The notes: generated by a model from the letters alone, not told the origin. Shown: positions 10,362-20,479, counted from the stretch's first letter. The stretch is DNA of 64,000 nt from Minisyncoccota bacterium (GCA_018063165.1 JAGOQU010000003.1:19268-83267); one strand, 5' to 3'. Made by a program: numbers and translations.

Positions 10362-10796
10362 ATGAAAATGATACATGTAATTTATTATTTGTTTGATAAG
10401 ATGGAAGACCATATTAGAGCAAAACTTTCTAGACATCCCTTTTTATATACATTTATAGGAGGGGCAGGAGTTGTGCTTTTTTGGAGGGGTGTTTGGCATG
10501 TTGCGGATGATCTTCAGAAAATAGGAGGTGTGTATGGAATTATTTTTTCTTCAACTGGCTCAATAATTCTTGGTGTTACGATACTTCTTTCTACAGGTCT
10601 TTTTGTTTCTGTTTTTGTTGGAGATTCTATTATTATGTCAGGTATTAAACATGATAAAAAGATTATTGAAAAAACTATAGAAGATGTAGAACTTGAAAAA
10701 AGTGATATAGAAAAATTGTTAGAAGTCGTTACTGATATGAAAAAAGAAATTGAGATATTGGAGAAAAAAGTTAGAAATAAATGTGAAATCGTTTAA
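10362..10796 (+). CDS. hypothetical membrane protein with C-terminal coiled coil
   Basis: Two hydrophobic helices then a charged helical tail. Confidence 0.4.
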   Translation: MKMIHVIYYLFDKMEDHIRAKLSRHPFLYTFIGGAGVVLFWRGVWHVADDLQKIGGVYGIIFSSTGSIILGVTILLSTGLFVSVFVGDSIIMSGIKHDKKIIEKTIEDVELEKSDIEKLLEVVTDMKKEIEILEKKVRNKCEIV

Positions 10797-10820
10797 TTAC
10801 TTATTATATTATTTTTTTAT

Positions 10821-11963
10821 ATGAATCATGATTACAATAAAGAGTCTTTAGAGCTTCATGGGAAATATCATGGCAAAATAGGTTTAATAACAAAGGTACC
10901 TATGAATGATCGTGACGATTTGTCTAGAGCATATACTCCTGGTGTGGCAGAGGTGTGTAAAGAAATTTCAAGAGATCCAACTCTTGCAAGAGACTATACA
11001 CTTAAAAGAAATACGGTAGCTATAATATCTGATGGTTCTGCTATTTTAGGGTTGGGTAATCTTGGTCCTCTTGCTGCTATTCCTGTAATGGAAGGGAAGG
11101 CTGCGATATTAAAATCATTTGCAAATGTTGATGCATTTCCTATATGTCTTGATACTCAAGATACAGAAGAAATTATTAAAGCCGTAAAGCAGCTTGCTCC
11201 AGTATTTGGTGCTGTTAATTTGGAAGATATATCAGCTCCAAGGTGTTTTGAAATTGAAGAACGACTACGAAGAGAACTTTCTATTCCTGTTATGCATGAT
11301 GATCAGTGGGGGACTGCGACAGTAGTTTTAGGTGGCCTCATTAATGCACTTAAAGTAACTAATCGTAATGAAGGAAAAGATATAAAGATAGTAGTAAATG
11401 GTGTAGGTTCAGCTGGTGTTGCTATTTCACGTCTCCTTCTTTCTTACGGATTTCACAATATGCTTTTCTGCGATAGTCAGGGTATTATTCATGATAAGAG
11501 GGGTGGTCTTAATAAGGAAAAAATTGAACTCATTTCTAAGAGTTCACTACAAGGAATGATAGGAACATTAGAAGATGCTATACAAGGAGCAGATGTTTTC
11601 GTGGGTGTTTCAAAAGCAGGAGCTCTTACAAAAGAAATGGCACAATCGATGAATAAGGATGCGATTGTATTTGCTCTTGCCAATCCTATTCCAGAAATTA
11701 TGCCAGAGATAGCGAAAGAGGCTGGTGTTGCAGTGATTGCAACTGGACGTAGCGATTTTCCTAATCAGCTTAACAACTCACTTATTTTCCCTGGACTATT
11801 TAAAGGAATGTTGGATGCACATTGTAAGCAGTTTGAGATTGCTATGTTTACAAAGGCTGCACTTGCACTTGCTGGACACGTAAAAAATCCAACCCAAGAT
11901 GCGATATTGCCAAACATGTTTGATAAAGAATTGGTAAATGTTATAGCAAGTACTGTTTCTTAA
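10821..11963 (+). CDS. NAD(P)-dependent malic enzyme (short form)
   Basis: N-terminal LELHGKYHGKIGL..., Rossmann VVNGVGSAGVAI. Typical short bacterial/archaeal malic enzyme, 380 aa. Confidence 0.85.
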   Translation: MNHDYNKESLELHGKYHGKIGLITKVPMNDRDDLSRAYTPGVAEVCKEISRDPTLARDYTLKRNTVAIISDGSAILGLGNLGPLAAIPVMEGKAAILKSFANVDAFPICLDTQDTEEIIKAVKQLAPVFGAVNLEDISAPRCFEIEERLRRELSIPVMHDDQWGTATVVLGGLINALKVTNRNEGKDIKIVVNGVGSAGVAISRLLLSYGFHNMLFCDSQGIIHDKRGGLNKEKIELISKSSLQGMIGTLEDAIQGADVFVGVSKAGALTKEMAQSMNKDAIVFALANPIPEIMPEIAKEAGVAVIATGRSDFPNQLNNSLIFPGLFKGMLDAHCKQFEIAMFTKAALALAGHVKNPTQDAILPNMFDKELVNVIASTVS

Positions 11964-11970
11964 TAAAAAG

Positions 11971-12003
11971 AAAACCTAATCATATACATGATTAGGTTTT
12001 TTT
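11971..12003. terminator. bidirectional hairpin terminator
   Basis: aaacctaatcat-atac-atgattaggttttttt. Confidence 0.6.
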
Positions 12004-12006
12004 GAT

Positions 12007-12609
12007 TTAAGATACTTCATATACTTTACAAAGTTTATCTAGTTCTTTGCGTGCATAAGTAATTGATTTTCTTATATTTTTTGGTACTTTTGTTTCCGCT
12101 ATATCACATAACTGAAAATAAAAAGCACGTGTTTCTTCTACTTGTCTTATTTGTTTTGATTGTTCACATTTATGTAGTGATCGTAAATTATGGATACGAT
12201 CCGCAAGTTTTACAACCATTGGTCTCCATTTATTACAAGAAAAAAGTCTAGAAAAGAAAACATCTTTACTCTCTTTATCATTTTTACTAACGAATTTTAC
12301 ACCTTGTGTTACTTCATTTTTGAAATTGATCCAAATTCTTCTTTCTGTAAGAAGGAATTGATCTTCTACTATGTCATGAAGAAGTGCGATAACTAGTACT
12401 CTCCAATCAAATTTTATATCAAAATCATTAAATATGATAAGAGAAACTTCTTTTGGATGATCAAAATATCTACCACCATCATCACGAAATTGATTTCTGT
12501 GTCCGTACTTTGAAAATGCATACGCTGTTTGTATTTCCTCTAGGTCTCTTTCCGTAAAATACGGAGAAAGCTTCTTGAGATACTGTATGCTTCCTCGTTG
12601 ATTTTCCAT
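12007..12609 (-). CDS. small alarmone hydrolase (RelA/SpoT-type HD-domain (p)ppGpp hydrolase, hydrolase domain only)
   Basis: LLHDIVED HD motif and VKLADRIHNLRSL (cf. the KLADRLHNMRT signature of RelA/SpoT hydrolase domains). Start placed at MENQ...; the ORF could extend to 12684. Confidence 0.6.
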   Translation of the reverse strand: MENQRGSIQYLKKLSPYFTERDLEEIQTAYAFSKYGHRNQFRDDGGRYFDHPKEVSLIIFNDFDIKFDWRVLVIALLHDIVEDQFLLTERRIWINFKNEVTQGVKFVSKNDKESKDVFFSRLFSCNKWRPMVVKLADRIHNLRSLHKCEQSKQIRQVEETRAFYFQLCDIAETKVPKNIRKSITYARKELDKLCKVYEVS

Positions 12610-12732
12610 GGTTAGATTCCTCGTGTGAACTTTGTAAAGAACGTCATTGTTTACACTATAATAAAAAGTCAGACTAGTCAACAATAGAATATGTCAGTAT
12701 TAAAAAACCGTTATCATGCTATGATAACGGTT

Positions 12733-13467
12733 TTATGTATGAATATGCATTTCGTGCGTTAGTTTTTTTTGTACACCAAACACTATCTCATCGATACGTT
12801 TTTTATTTTTTAATGTTCCTCTTTGGTGGAGACGTGAAAGAGTGCATTTAAGTTCTGTGTGTAATTTTGGAAACTCAAGCAATGTTTCATCCACATGTCT
12901 TTTTTTATTTTCTTCTGGTACTGAAGAAGATGTCATAAAATAATGTATTCTGTCTGCATATTTAAGAACAATAGTTCTCCATTTGCAATTAAGATCAGTT
13001 TCTCTTTTGATTCTTATCCAATAGACTTCTTTATTTGTTTCTTTTTTTTGTTTTGTCATAAGATCAACAATGTTTCTTACGCCAGAACCAAAAAGTTTGG
13101 ATATATCTTTAAGTGAAGTATCTGTATCTTCTACAACATCATGAAGTATTGACGCTATAATAATTTTAAAATCTAAAATATTAAGATCAAGAATTATTAA
13201 AACTACTTCAAGAGGGTGTAAAAAATAAGGTGTTATTTTATCTTTTCTATATATTCCTTGATGTTTTTTTGCGGAATATTTAAGAGCTTCTATTAATTTT
13301 TCTTGTTGAGTATTTGAAAAAGTTTCCTTTGTTACTCGTAGTATTTTTTCTATAAGAAATAATAAACGTCTATGTACTTTTCTTTGCTCAGTTTTTCCTT
13401 TTTCAAGAATACAAGGAGTGTATATATCGAGCTCTTTTGTAAGAGCGGTAGCAAATGACATAATCAT
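12733..13467 (-). CDS. second small alarmone hydrolase paralog (RelA/SpoT-type HD domain only)
   Basis: HPLEVVLI...ILHDVVEDTD and LKYADRIHYF motifs. Tandem with the previous gene. Confidence 0.55.
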   Translation of the reverse strand: MIMSFATALTKELDIYTPCILEKGKTEQRKVHRRLLFLIEKILRVTKETFSNTQQEKLIEALKYSAKKHQGIYRKDKITPYFLHPLEVVLIILDLNILDFKIIIASILHDVVEDTDTSLKDISKLFGSGVRNIVDLMTKQKKETNKEVYWIRIKRETDLNCKWRTIVLKYADRIHYFMTSSSVPEENKKRHVDETLLEFPKLHTELKCTLSRLHQRGTLKNKKRIDEIVFGVQKKLTHEMHIHT

Positions 13468-13569
13468 AAGAAACTCCTTACAAAATTATAAATGATCAAC
13501 TGAATGCATACTAACTTTTTTATAATACTTTGTCGATATCTCTATAGTTTGCTAGTATGGAAGTACGAT

Positions 13570-14814
13570 ATGTCATTTTCTTTTGAAATAATTAAAAAAT
13601 CAGACGAGGCAAAACTTGCTCGTGTTGGTATTATTCATACTCCTCATGGAGATGTAGAAACTCCTGCTTTTATTACTGTTGGTACAAAAGCAACAGTAAA
13701 AGCACTTACGCCTGAGCAAGTAAAAGATGTTGTAGGTGCTCAGTGTGTTTTAGCTAACACATATCATCTGTATCTTCAGCCAGGAGATGAACTTGTTGCA
13801 AGGCATGGTGGTTTTGCAAAGATGATGGGGTGGCACGGTCCAACATTTACTGATTCAGGAGGGTTTCAGGTGTTTTCTCTAGGTCAAGCTCTTGGTCATG
13901 GAGTGAGTAAAATTGCCACCAGTAAAGAAATTTCTGAGGTTGAGGCAAAGAGTAAGAGTCAGGAAAAACGTGATGCAAAAGAAGAAAATGGTATACATGA
14001 AAAACTTGCAAAAATAGATGACGATGGTGTTACTTTTAAATCTATTCATGACGGCAGTGAACATAGATTCACTCCAGAGAGAAGTATGCAAATACAACAT
14101 AATCTTGGAGCTGATATGTTTTTTGCTTTTGATGAATGTACATCACCACTTGCACCAATAGAATATCAACGTGAAGCAATAGAAAGAACTCACGCGTGGG
14201 CTAGAAGAAGTCTGGATGAACATAAACGTCTCGGAGTGTCTTCTGCTACTGGTTGTAAACAAGCACTTTTTGGTGTTGTGCAAGGTGGTGCGTATGAAGA
14301 TCTTCGTAAGGAATCAGCAAGAGTTTTGGGTGCTATGGATTTTGATGGATATGGAATAGGGGGTAGTTTTACAAAAGAAGACATGGGTACCGCTGTTAAG
14401 TGGGTGAACGAAATTTTACCAGAAGGGAAGCCTCGTCATTTGCTTGGTATTGGAGAGCCTCTTGATATGTTACTTGGTATAGAAAATGGTATAGATACAT
14501 TTGATTGTGTTTCACCTACTCGTGTTGCGCGTAATGGCGCTATCTATACTCTTGATGGTCGTATTAATTTACGTAGCGCACAGTACAAAGAGGATATGTC
14601 ACCGCTATCTGATGATTGTAATTGGTATACACATAGATATACAAAGGCGTATATGTCACATCTTTTTAGATCAGATGAAATGCTTGCCGCAACACTTGCT
14701 TCTATGCATAATTTGAAGTTTTTAACTGTGCTTTGCGAAAACGCTAGAAAACATTTGTTATCTGGAACGTTTAAAGAATTTAAAGATGCGTTTATAGAGA
14801 GATATTATAAATAA
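13570..14814 (+). CDS. tgt: queuine tRNA-ribosyltransferase (Tgt family) with internal insertion
   Basis: ARVGIIHTPHGDVETPAFITVGT, QCVLANTYHLYLQPG, FDCVSPTRVARNG motifs. The canonical CxCxxC zinc motif appears degenerate (DCNWYTHRY). The ORF could start at 13504, but M13570 (MSFSFEI...) is more plausible. Confidence 0.8.
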   Translation: MSFSFEIIKKSDEAKLARVGIIHTPHGDVETPAFITVGTKATVKALTPEQVKDVVGAQCVLANTYHLYLQPGDELVARHGGFAKMMGWHGPTFTDSGGFQVFSLGQALGHGVSKIATSKEISEVEAKSKSQEKRDAKEENGIHEKLAKIDDDGVTFKSIHDGSEHRFTPERSMQIQHNLGADMFFAFDECTSPLAPIEYQREAIERTHAWARRSLDEHKRLGVSSATGCKQALFGVVQGGAYEDLRKESARVLGAMDFDGYGIGGSFTKEDMGTAVKWVNEILPEGKPRHLLGIGEPLDMLLGIENGIDTFDCVSPTRVARNGAIYTLDGRINLRSAQYKEDMSPLSDDCNWYTHRYTKAYMSHLFRSDEMLAATLASMHNLKFLTVLCENARKHLLSGTFKEFKDAFIERYYK

Positions 14815-14815
14815 A

Positions 14816-14848
14816 AATCGTTACAATATATATGTAACGATTTTTTTA
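14816..14848. terminator. bidirectional hairpin terminator
   Basis: aaatcgttaca-atatatat-gtaacgattttttt. Confidence 0.6.
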
Positions 14849-14855
14849 GGTACTT

Positions 14856-15209
14856 TTATTCATGTTTATGTAATGATGACATAAAACGTATGATAGGAAA
14901 TAAAAGAGTTGCTAATATAGGTGTATAAAAGAACCCTGTTATTGTAATTATAATAATAAAAAGTAACCAAACATCTTTCTCTTTTTTTATTGTATGGTAA
15001 TGAAGTGTAAGTATAAAAGAAAATATTCCAAGAGCAACAGGTAAAGCTATAGTATTGCTACTATGCTTAATCCACATATAATACCCAATTAAGAAACATA
15101 TACACGTGATAATAAAAAGAGTGGATCTTTTAATAGTGTCGCGTGTTGATATTTTTTTTGGAATAGTTTCTTCATCAATGTCATGCCAAATATTAATTTT
15201 GCTATTCAT
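14856..15209 (-). CDS. small hypothetical membrane protein
   Basis: 117 aa with 3 hydrophobic helices. Confidence 0.35.
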   Translation of the reverse strand: MNSKINIWHDIDEETIPKKISTRDTIKRSTLFIITCICFLIGYYMWIKHSSNTIALPVALGIFSFILTLHYHTIKKEKDVWLLFIIIITITGFFYTPILATLLFPIIRFMSSLHKHE

Positions 15210-15278
15210 CTATAAAACCTTTCTGCATGCTTACGTTAGGAACTTAGTCAGATTATATGTTATAATTAAAACTCTTAT

Positions 15279-17324
15279 ATGTCAAGTAATCAGAAACAAA
15301 ATTTACAAGGAGTTTTTAAACTTAAAGGGTTTATACCAGCAGGTGATCAACCAAAAGCTATAGAAGGGCTTGTGTCTGGTTTACAAAAAGGAATGAAACG
15401 TCAAACATTGTTAGGTGCAACAGGTACAGGTAAAACATTTACTATTGCAAATGTTATAGAGCAGATTCAAAAACCTACACTTGTTATCGCTCACAATAAA
15501 ACACTTGCAGCGCAGCTTGCTCAAGAATTTCGTACATTTTTTCCAGATGCGGCAGTTCATTATTTTGTATCGTATTACGATTACTATCAACCGGAAGCGT
15601 ATATGCCAGTTACAGATACGTATATAGAAAAAGATGCACAGATTAATGAAGAAATTGATCGTCTTCGCCATGCTTCAACACAAGCATTGCTTACCCGAAG
15701 AGATACTATTATTGTTGCTTCTGTTTCGTGTATTTATGGACTTGGTTCGCCAGAAGATTATGAGCGAGAAAATATACTTTTATCAGTAGGTGACACTGTT
15801 ACTAAAGTAGGTCTTATGCAAAAGTTTGTTGGTGTACAATATGAGCGCACAAATGCAGATCTTTCTCCTGGTACATTTCGTGCTCTAGGTAATCGTATTG
15901 ATATTATGCCTATATCAGAAACAGTCATGCTTCAGATTGAAATAGCAGGAGGAAAAATTTCACACATGCAGATCGTAGATCCTGTATCAATGAAACTTAT
16001 TAATGTTGTTAAAGAATATTTTATTTTTCCTGCAAAACATTTTATTTCAGATGTTCCAACGAGAGAGCGTGCAGTAAAAACGATTGAAGCAGAATTAATA
16101 TCTCGTCTTAAAGAATTTGATGAACAGGGAAAAATTCTTGAAGCTGAACGTATTAAACGTCGAACAAGATATGATGTGGCTATGATAAAAGAAGTTGGTT
16201 TTTGTCAGGGTATAGAAAATTATTCTAGACATTTATCAGGAAAAGATGAAGGTGTTGCGCCTGACACATTGCTTGAATATTTTCCTCATACAAAAAAAGG
16301 GAATCCAGATTTTTTGACTATTATCGATGAATCACATGTAACGCTTCCTCAGCTTCATGCTATGTATGCAGGAGATCAGTCACGTAAAGGAACTCTTGTT
16401 GAGTATGGCTTTCGTCTTCCTTCTGCAAAAGATAATCGTCCACTTAAATATGAAGAATTTGAAACACGTGTAAATGAAGTAATTTATGTAAGTGCTACAC
16501 CAGGAGAATTTGAAAGAGGTAATTCAGATCAGATAGTGGAGCAGATAATTCGACCGACAGGTCTTCTTGATCCTGTTCTTGAGATTAGAAAAGTGGAATC
16601 TGTAGGTGCGTATAAAGGTCAGGTTCATGATTTTATTGAAGAGGTTGTGAAAGATGTTAAAAAAGGTGGAAGAGTTCTTGTAACTACATTAACAAAAAAA
16701 ATGGCAGAAAGTCTTTCTGAATATTTGAAAGAGCAAGGTGTAAAAGCAGAATATGTACATAGCGATGTGAAGACTATGGATAGAATACAAATACTTACTA
16801 GTTTTAGAAAAGGTACCTTTGATTGTCTTGTAGGTGTTAACCTTCTTCGAGAAGGTCTTGATCTTCCTGAAGTGACATTAATTGGAATCATGGACGCAGA
16901 TAAAGAAGGTTTTCTTCGTTCTGAAACATCACTTATTCAGACTATTGGTCGAGCTGCACGTAATTCAAATGGTAGGGTTATTTTGTATGCAGATATTCTA
17001 ACAGGATCAATGGATAGAGCTATTAAGGAAACAAATCGCCGTAGGGGGATACAAGAGGAATATAATAAAGTTCACGGTATTACTCCAACAACAATACAAA
17101 AAAACATTAAAGATATTACAGAAGAAATGCAAAGCGATCATGCTAAAGCAGTGAACGCTGAACTTGCTCTTGATAAGAAATTATTCGCTAAGAATCCTGA
17201 TAAATTAATTAAGCTTAAAGAAAAAGCTATGAAAGAAGCTGTTAAAATTCTTGATTTTGAAACAGCTGCAATACTTCGCGATGAGCTTGAAGTACTAAGG
17301 AATAAAGTAAGCGGGAAGGAGTAG
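15279..17324 (+). CDS. uvrB: excinuclease ABC subunit B
   Basis: Walker A LLGATGTGKTFTIANVI, helicase motifs, and C-terminal UVR domain (ILRDELEVLR). 681 aa. Confidence 0.95.
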   Translation: MSSNQKQNLQGVFKLKGFIPAGDQPKAIEGLVSGLQKGMKRQTLLGATGTGKTFTIANVIEQIQKPTLVIAHNKTLAAQLAQEFRTFFPDAAVHYFVSYYDYYQPEAYMPVTDTYIEKDAQINEEIDRLRHASTQALLTRRDTIIVASVSCIYGLGSPEDYERENILLSVGDTVTKVGLMQKFVGVQYERTNADLSPGTFRALGNRIDIMPISETVMLQIEIAGGKISHMQIVDPVSMKLINVVKEYFIFPAKHFISDVPTRERAVKTIEAELISRLKEFDEQGKILEAERIKRRTRYDVAMIKEVGFCQGIENYSRHLSGKDEGVAPDTLLEYFPHTKKGNPDFLTIIDESHVTLPQLHAMYAGDQSRKGTLVEYGFRLPSAKDNRPLKYEEFETRVNEVIYVSATPGEFERGNSDQIVEQIIRPTGLLDPVLEIRKVESVGAYKGQVHDFIEEVVKDVKKGGRVLVTTLTKKMAESLSEYLKEQGVKAEYVHSDVKTMDRIQILTSFRKGTFDCLVGVNLLREGLDLPEVTLIGIMDADKEGFLRSETSLIQTIGRAARNSNGRVILYADILTGSMDRAIKETNRRRGIQEEYNKVHGITPTTIQKNIKDITEEMQSDHAKAVNAELALDKKLFAKNPDKLIKLKEKAMKEAVKILDFETAAILRDELEVLRNKVSGKE

Positions 17325-17377
17325 GTTAAGAAAAAGAATTGTTTGAGTTATCTATATTTTAAGTTATAATAATTTTT

Positions 17378-17740
17378 ATGGAAAATACTACAACATTAGA
17401 CAATAAATTAGTTTTAAAAAGATATCCATTTTCAATAAAAATTATTTTTTTACTCTATATAATTTTTCTTTTAATTTCATCGATTTTAACGTATATTTTT
17501 AGTTCTGATACTTCAGGGCTTACCCTCGTCTTTTCTTTTCTTCCTGTTGCAATTCCAGTTTTTAGTCTGATAAGTATTATTTTTGGTTTTATTGGGGTTA
17601 GATTACTTAATCGTTATAGTCATGAAATATCATCTTCACAAAGAAATCTTAGTTTATTTCTTTTCTCTCTTATGCTTACGGTTGTATTTCCTATGATTTT
17701 AGTTTTTTTCTTTTCAGAAAAACTTACCTTATTAAATTAA
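17378..17740 (+). CDS. hypothetical membrane protein
   Basis: 120 aa, 3-4 TM helices. Confidence 0.4.
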   Translation: MENTTTLDNKLVLKRYPFSIKIIFLLYIIFLLISSILTYIFSSDTSGLTLVFSFLPVAIPVFSLISIIFGFIGVRLLNRYSHEISSSQRNLSLFLFSLMLTVVFPMILVFFFSEKLTLLN

Positions 17741-17817
17741 AACAATATTCACTATGTTTACATTCTAAAAATATGTGTTTTTGCACGTTTTAAAAAGTGG
17801 CGTATACTTAGAAACAT

Positions 17818-18357
17818 ATGAAAAAAAATGTAACCATTCTGATCGGCTTAGTAGTTGTTTTTGTAGTGCTGTACGCAGGTAATTCTTTTATGGGTAATGA
17901 TGATACACCTAAGACACTTAGTGTTAAGGATGTTGAAGAGGTTGTTGGTATGAAGTCTTTTAATGGTGAGGTGGTTCGTGTGTTTGAAGGAGAAAACATT
18001 CTTGAATATGGTTTTGATATTCCTGAAACAGCTACCACAACAGTTGAGATGGATGGTGCACTTATTAAAGTTGAAGATGCGGGTAATCCTTTAATAACTG
18101 TTTATATGAGTTATGAAGGTGGACGTGGTTATACAGCTATAGACTATATAAGTAATATTATTGCTAATCATGTTCCTGTTATTGATGTTGAAGAAACAAA
18201 AACAATTGGATTACTTGAGTGGCAGACAGCAACATCAGAAGGAAGTGAATGGTATATTACTTCTGTTCTTGATGGTAAATGGCTTATTGTGGTTGAAAAT
18301 AAAAAGACAGTACACGATACTGCAGAAAAAATATTAGAAAGTGTTTTTGCTAGATAA
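17818..18357 (+). CDS. hypothetical secreted/anchored protein
   Basis: N-terminal signal/anchor MKKNVTILIGLVVVFVVL then a soluble domain. Confidence 0.45.
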   Translation: MKKNVTILIGLVVVFVVLYAGNSFMGNDDTPKTLSVKDVEEVVGMKSFNGEVVRVFEGENILEYGFDIPETATTTVEMDGALIKVEDAGNPLITVYMSYEGGRGYTAIDYISNIIANHVPVIDVEETKTIGLLEWQTATSEGSEWYITSVLDGKWLIVVENKKTVHDTAEKILESVFAR

Positions 18358-18379
18358 AATTTCTTTAGATAGTATTATA

Positions 18380-18412
18380 AAACACCACATGCGTACAGTG
18401 TGGTGTTTTTTA
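18380..18412. terminator. bidirectional hairpin terminator
   Basis: acaccaca-tgcgtacag-tgtggtgtttttt. Confidence 0.6.
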
Positions 18413-18415
18413 TTT

Positions 18416-18604
18416 CTATAAAAGCAATGAATATGAATCTAAGCCAAGACTATCAGGGTCATCAGGATTGTAGTCTTCTTCTTCGTAGTTGTTTGTATTT
18501 TTTCTCTTTTCTGTAAAAAATTCTAACCCTTGAGGTATTAGAATAGGTAAAGAATCCCCAAATGGTAAAGGTAGTTGTGCTGCTTCAGATGTAAACATGA
18601 TCAC
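18416..18604 (-). CDS. small acidic hypothetical protein (62 aa)
   Basis: Strong SD (aaggagag) 5-6 nt upstream of the ATG on the minus strand. Ends at a bidirectional terminator. Confidence 0.4.
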   Translation of the reverse strand: MIMFTSEAAQLPLPFGDSLPILIPQGLEFFTEKRKNTNNYEEEDYNPDDPDSLGLDSYSLLL

Positions 18605-18689
18605 TCTCCTTTTCTATAAAGAAACTTTCCAAAGCAAGTATAATACATATATCTATGCGTATGCAATATAAATATGTTAGAGTTACTGT

Positions 18690-19727
18690 ATGAAGAAAAA
18701 AGTTTTTGTAGGTATGTCAGGAGGTGTTGACTCGTCGGTATCCGCAGCATTATTGAAGGAAAAAGGGTATGATGTAACTGGGGTATTTATTAAGGTTTGG
18801 CAACCTGATTTTGTTGAATGTACATGGAAAGAAGACAGATTAGATGCTATGCGTGTCGCTTCAATATTAGATATTCCATTTATTACTCTTGATCTTGAGA
18901 AAGACTATAAACAAGAAGTGATAGATTATATGATAGAAGAATATAGAAAAGGAAGAACACCTAATCCTGACGTTATGTGTAATAGGGAGGTAAAATTCGG
19001 TGCTTTTTATAGATGGGTAAAAGAACAAGACAAGAACGCATATATCGCTACAGGTCATTATGCAAAACATAATGGAGTTTCTTTACTAACTAGTGCTGAT
19101 GAGAATAAAGATCAAACATATTTCCTGTGGACTCTTTCTAAAGACATACTTCCGTGGGTTATGTTTCCTGTTGGTGATATAGAAAAAAGTGATGTACGGT
19201 TATTGGCAAAGAAGTTTAATTTACCTGTTGCTACAAAAAAAGATAGCCAAGGGTTATGTTTTGTTGGAACTATAGATATAAAGACACTTCTTAAACAATA
19301 TATAGAAGAAAAAAATGGCAACGTTTTAGATGAGAAAGGTGAAGTGATAGGTGTTCATACGGGGGTTATGTTTTATACACTTGGAGAACGCCATGGTTTT
19401 ACTATAACAAAAAAGAAAACAGATGATAGTCCGTATTTTGTTATCGCAAAAGATTTTAAAAATAATACTATTACTGTTTCTCATAATTCTGTTCGAGAAT
19501 CTTCTGGTGATACTGTTTTTCTTTCGTCATGTAATTGGACGATGAAATTAGAAAAAAATAAAATATACGATGCTCGTGCTCGTTATCGTGCACCTCGAGT
19601 AAAAGTGGTTTGTGATTCTGATAATTCTTTTAGGATTATAGAAAATGATTGTATTGCAACACCAGGTCAATCGCTTGTTATATATGATGGGGATATATGT
19701 ATTGGTGGTGGTATTATAGATCGTTAA
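18690..19727 (+). CDS. mnmA: tRNA-specific 2-thiouridylase MnmA
   Basis: PP-loop VFVGMSGGVDSSVSA, and catalytic Cys region consistent with MnmA. 345 aa. Confidence 0.9.
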   Translation: MKKKVFVGMSGGVDSSVSAALLKEKGYDVTGVFIKVWQPDFVECTWKEDRLDAMRVASILDIPFITLDLEKDYKQEVIDYMIEEYRKGRTPNPDVMCNREVKFGAFYRWVKEQDKNAYIATGHYAKHNGVSLLTSADENKDQTYFLWTLSKDILPWVMFPVGDIEKSDVRLLAKKFNLPVATKKDSQGLCFVGTIDIKTLLKQYIEEKNGNVLDEKGEVIGVHTGVMFYTLGERHGFTITKKKTDDSPYFVIAKDFKNNTITVSHNSVRESSGDTVFLSSCNWTMKLEKNKIYDARARYRAPRVKVVCDSDNSFRIIENDCIATPGQSLVIYDGDICIGGGIIDR

Positions 19728-19769
19728 GTAAGAGTTGTTGCGAAGTATATTTTTTTATTTGTGTTTATT

Positions 19770-20441
19770 TTAATGATCGTGATCAGTGTGTTTGTGTTTA
19801 ATATGAAAATGTATTTCGAGGTATATTATCCATATAACAATAGATGCAAGTGAAGAGATGCTAGCAATTTCAAGTGCTTGAAATTGATCATGATCTATTT
19901 TTTTACCAAGTATATATACAAACATTGCAGCAACAGGAGACCCTATTTGTGCGGTAATACCATAGATAATTGTTTTGTTAATAGAAAGCCCAAGACTTCT
20001 AAAAAGAGTAATTGTTCCTAGTATCTTTGGTAACTCATGCATAATAATACCAACAGTAGCAGCATAACCAAGAATTGGGTTCATGAGATACGTTGCTCCA
20101 ATTACTGCACCGTCAATAAGTGAATGAAAAGCTTCACTAATAACAATACCTTTCGCTCCATCTATTTTAGAATTATGTGTATGCGTGTGAGAGAAATGTG
20201 AAAGAATAAAAAATGTTACACCGGCTGTACATAAGCTAATAAAAAGATCAATAAGGGTAAGTTCACTGCCATGTTCTTTAAAGGTGCTATATATCGAAAA
20301 AGAAAGTAAAAGTATACCAATACTTAAAAATATGCTTTTCCATATTCCTTTAAATAAATTACGTCGCAATAGTAGTGCGATAACAGCTAGAATAGGTAGT
20401 GCGCTAGCACTTAGTATCATAAGAATAAAAGTTGAGTTCAT
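19770..20441 (-). CDS. ZIP-family divalent metal (zinc) transporter, ZupT-like
   Basis: HELPKILGTITLF (cf. the HELPQELGDF ZIP signature), HSLIDGAVIGA, and a His-rich C-terminal tail HFHIKHKHTDHDH. Confidence 0.65.
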   Translation of the reverse strand: MNSTFILMILSASALPILAVIALLLRRNLFKGIWKSIFLSIGILLLSFSIYSTFKEHGSELTLIDLFISLCTAGVTFFILSHFSHTHTHNSKIDGAKGIVISEAFHSLIDGAVIGATYLMNPILGYAATVGIIMHELPKILGTITLFRSLGLSINKTIIYGITAQIGSPVAAMFVYILGKKIDHDQFQALEIASISSLASIVIWIIYLEIHFHIKHKHTDHDH

Positions 20442-20479
20442 AGATATATACCGTATACTATACTCCTTGGTATGTGTCT

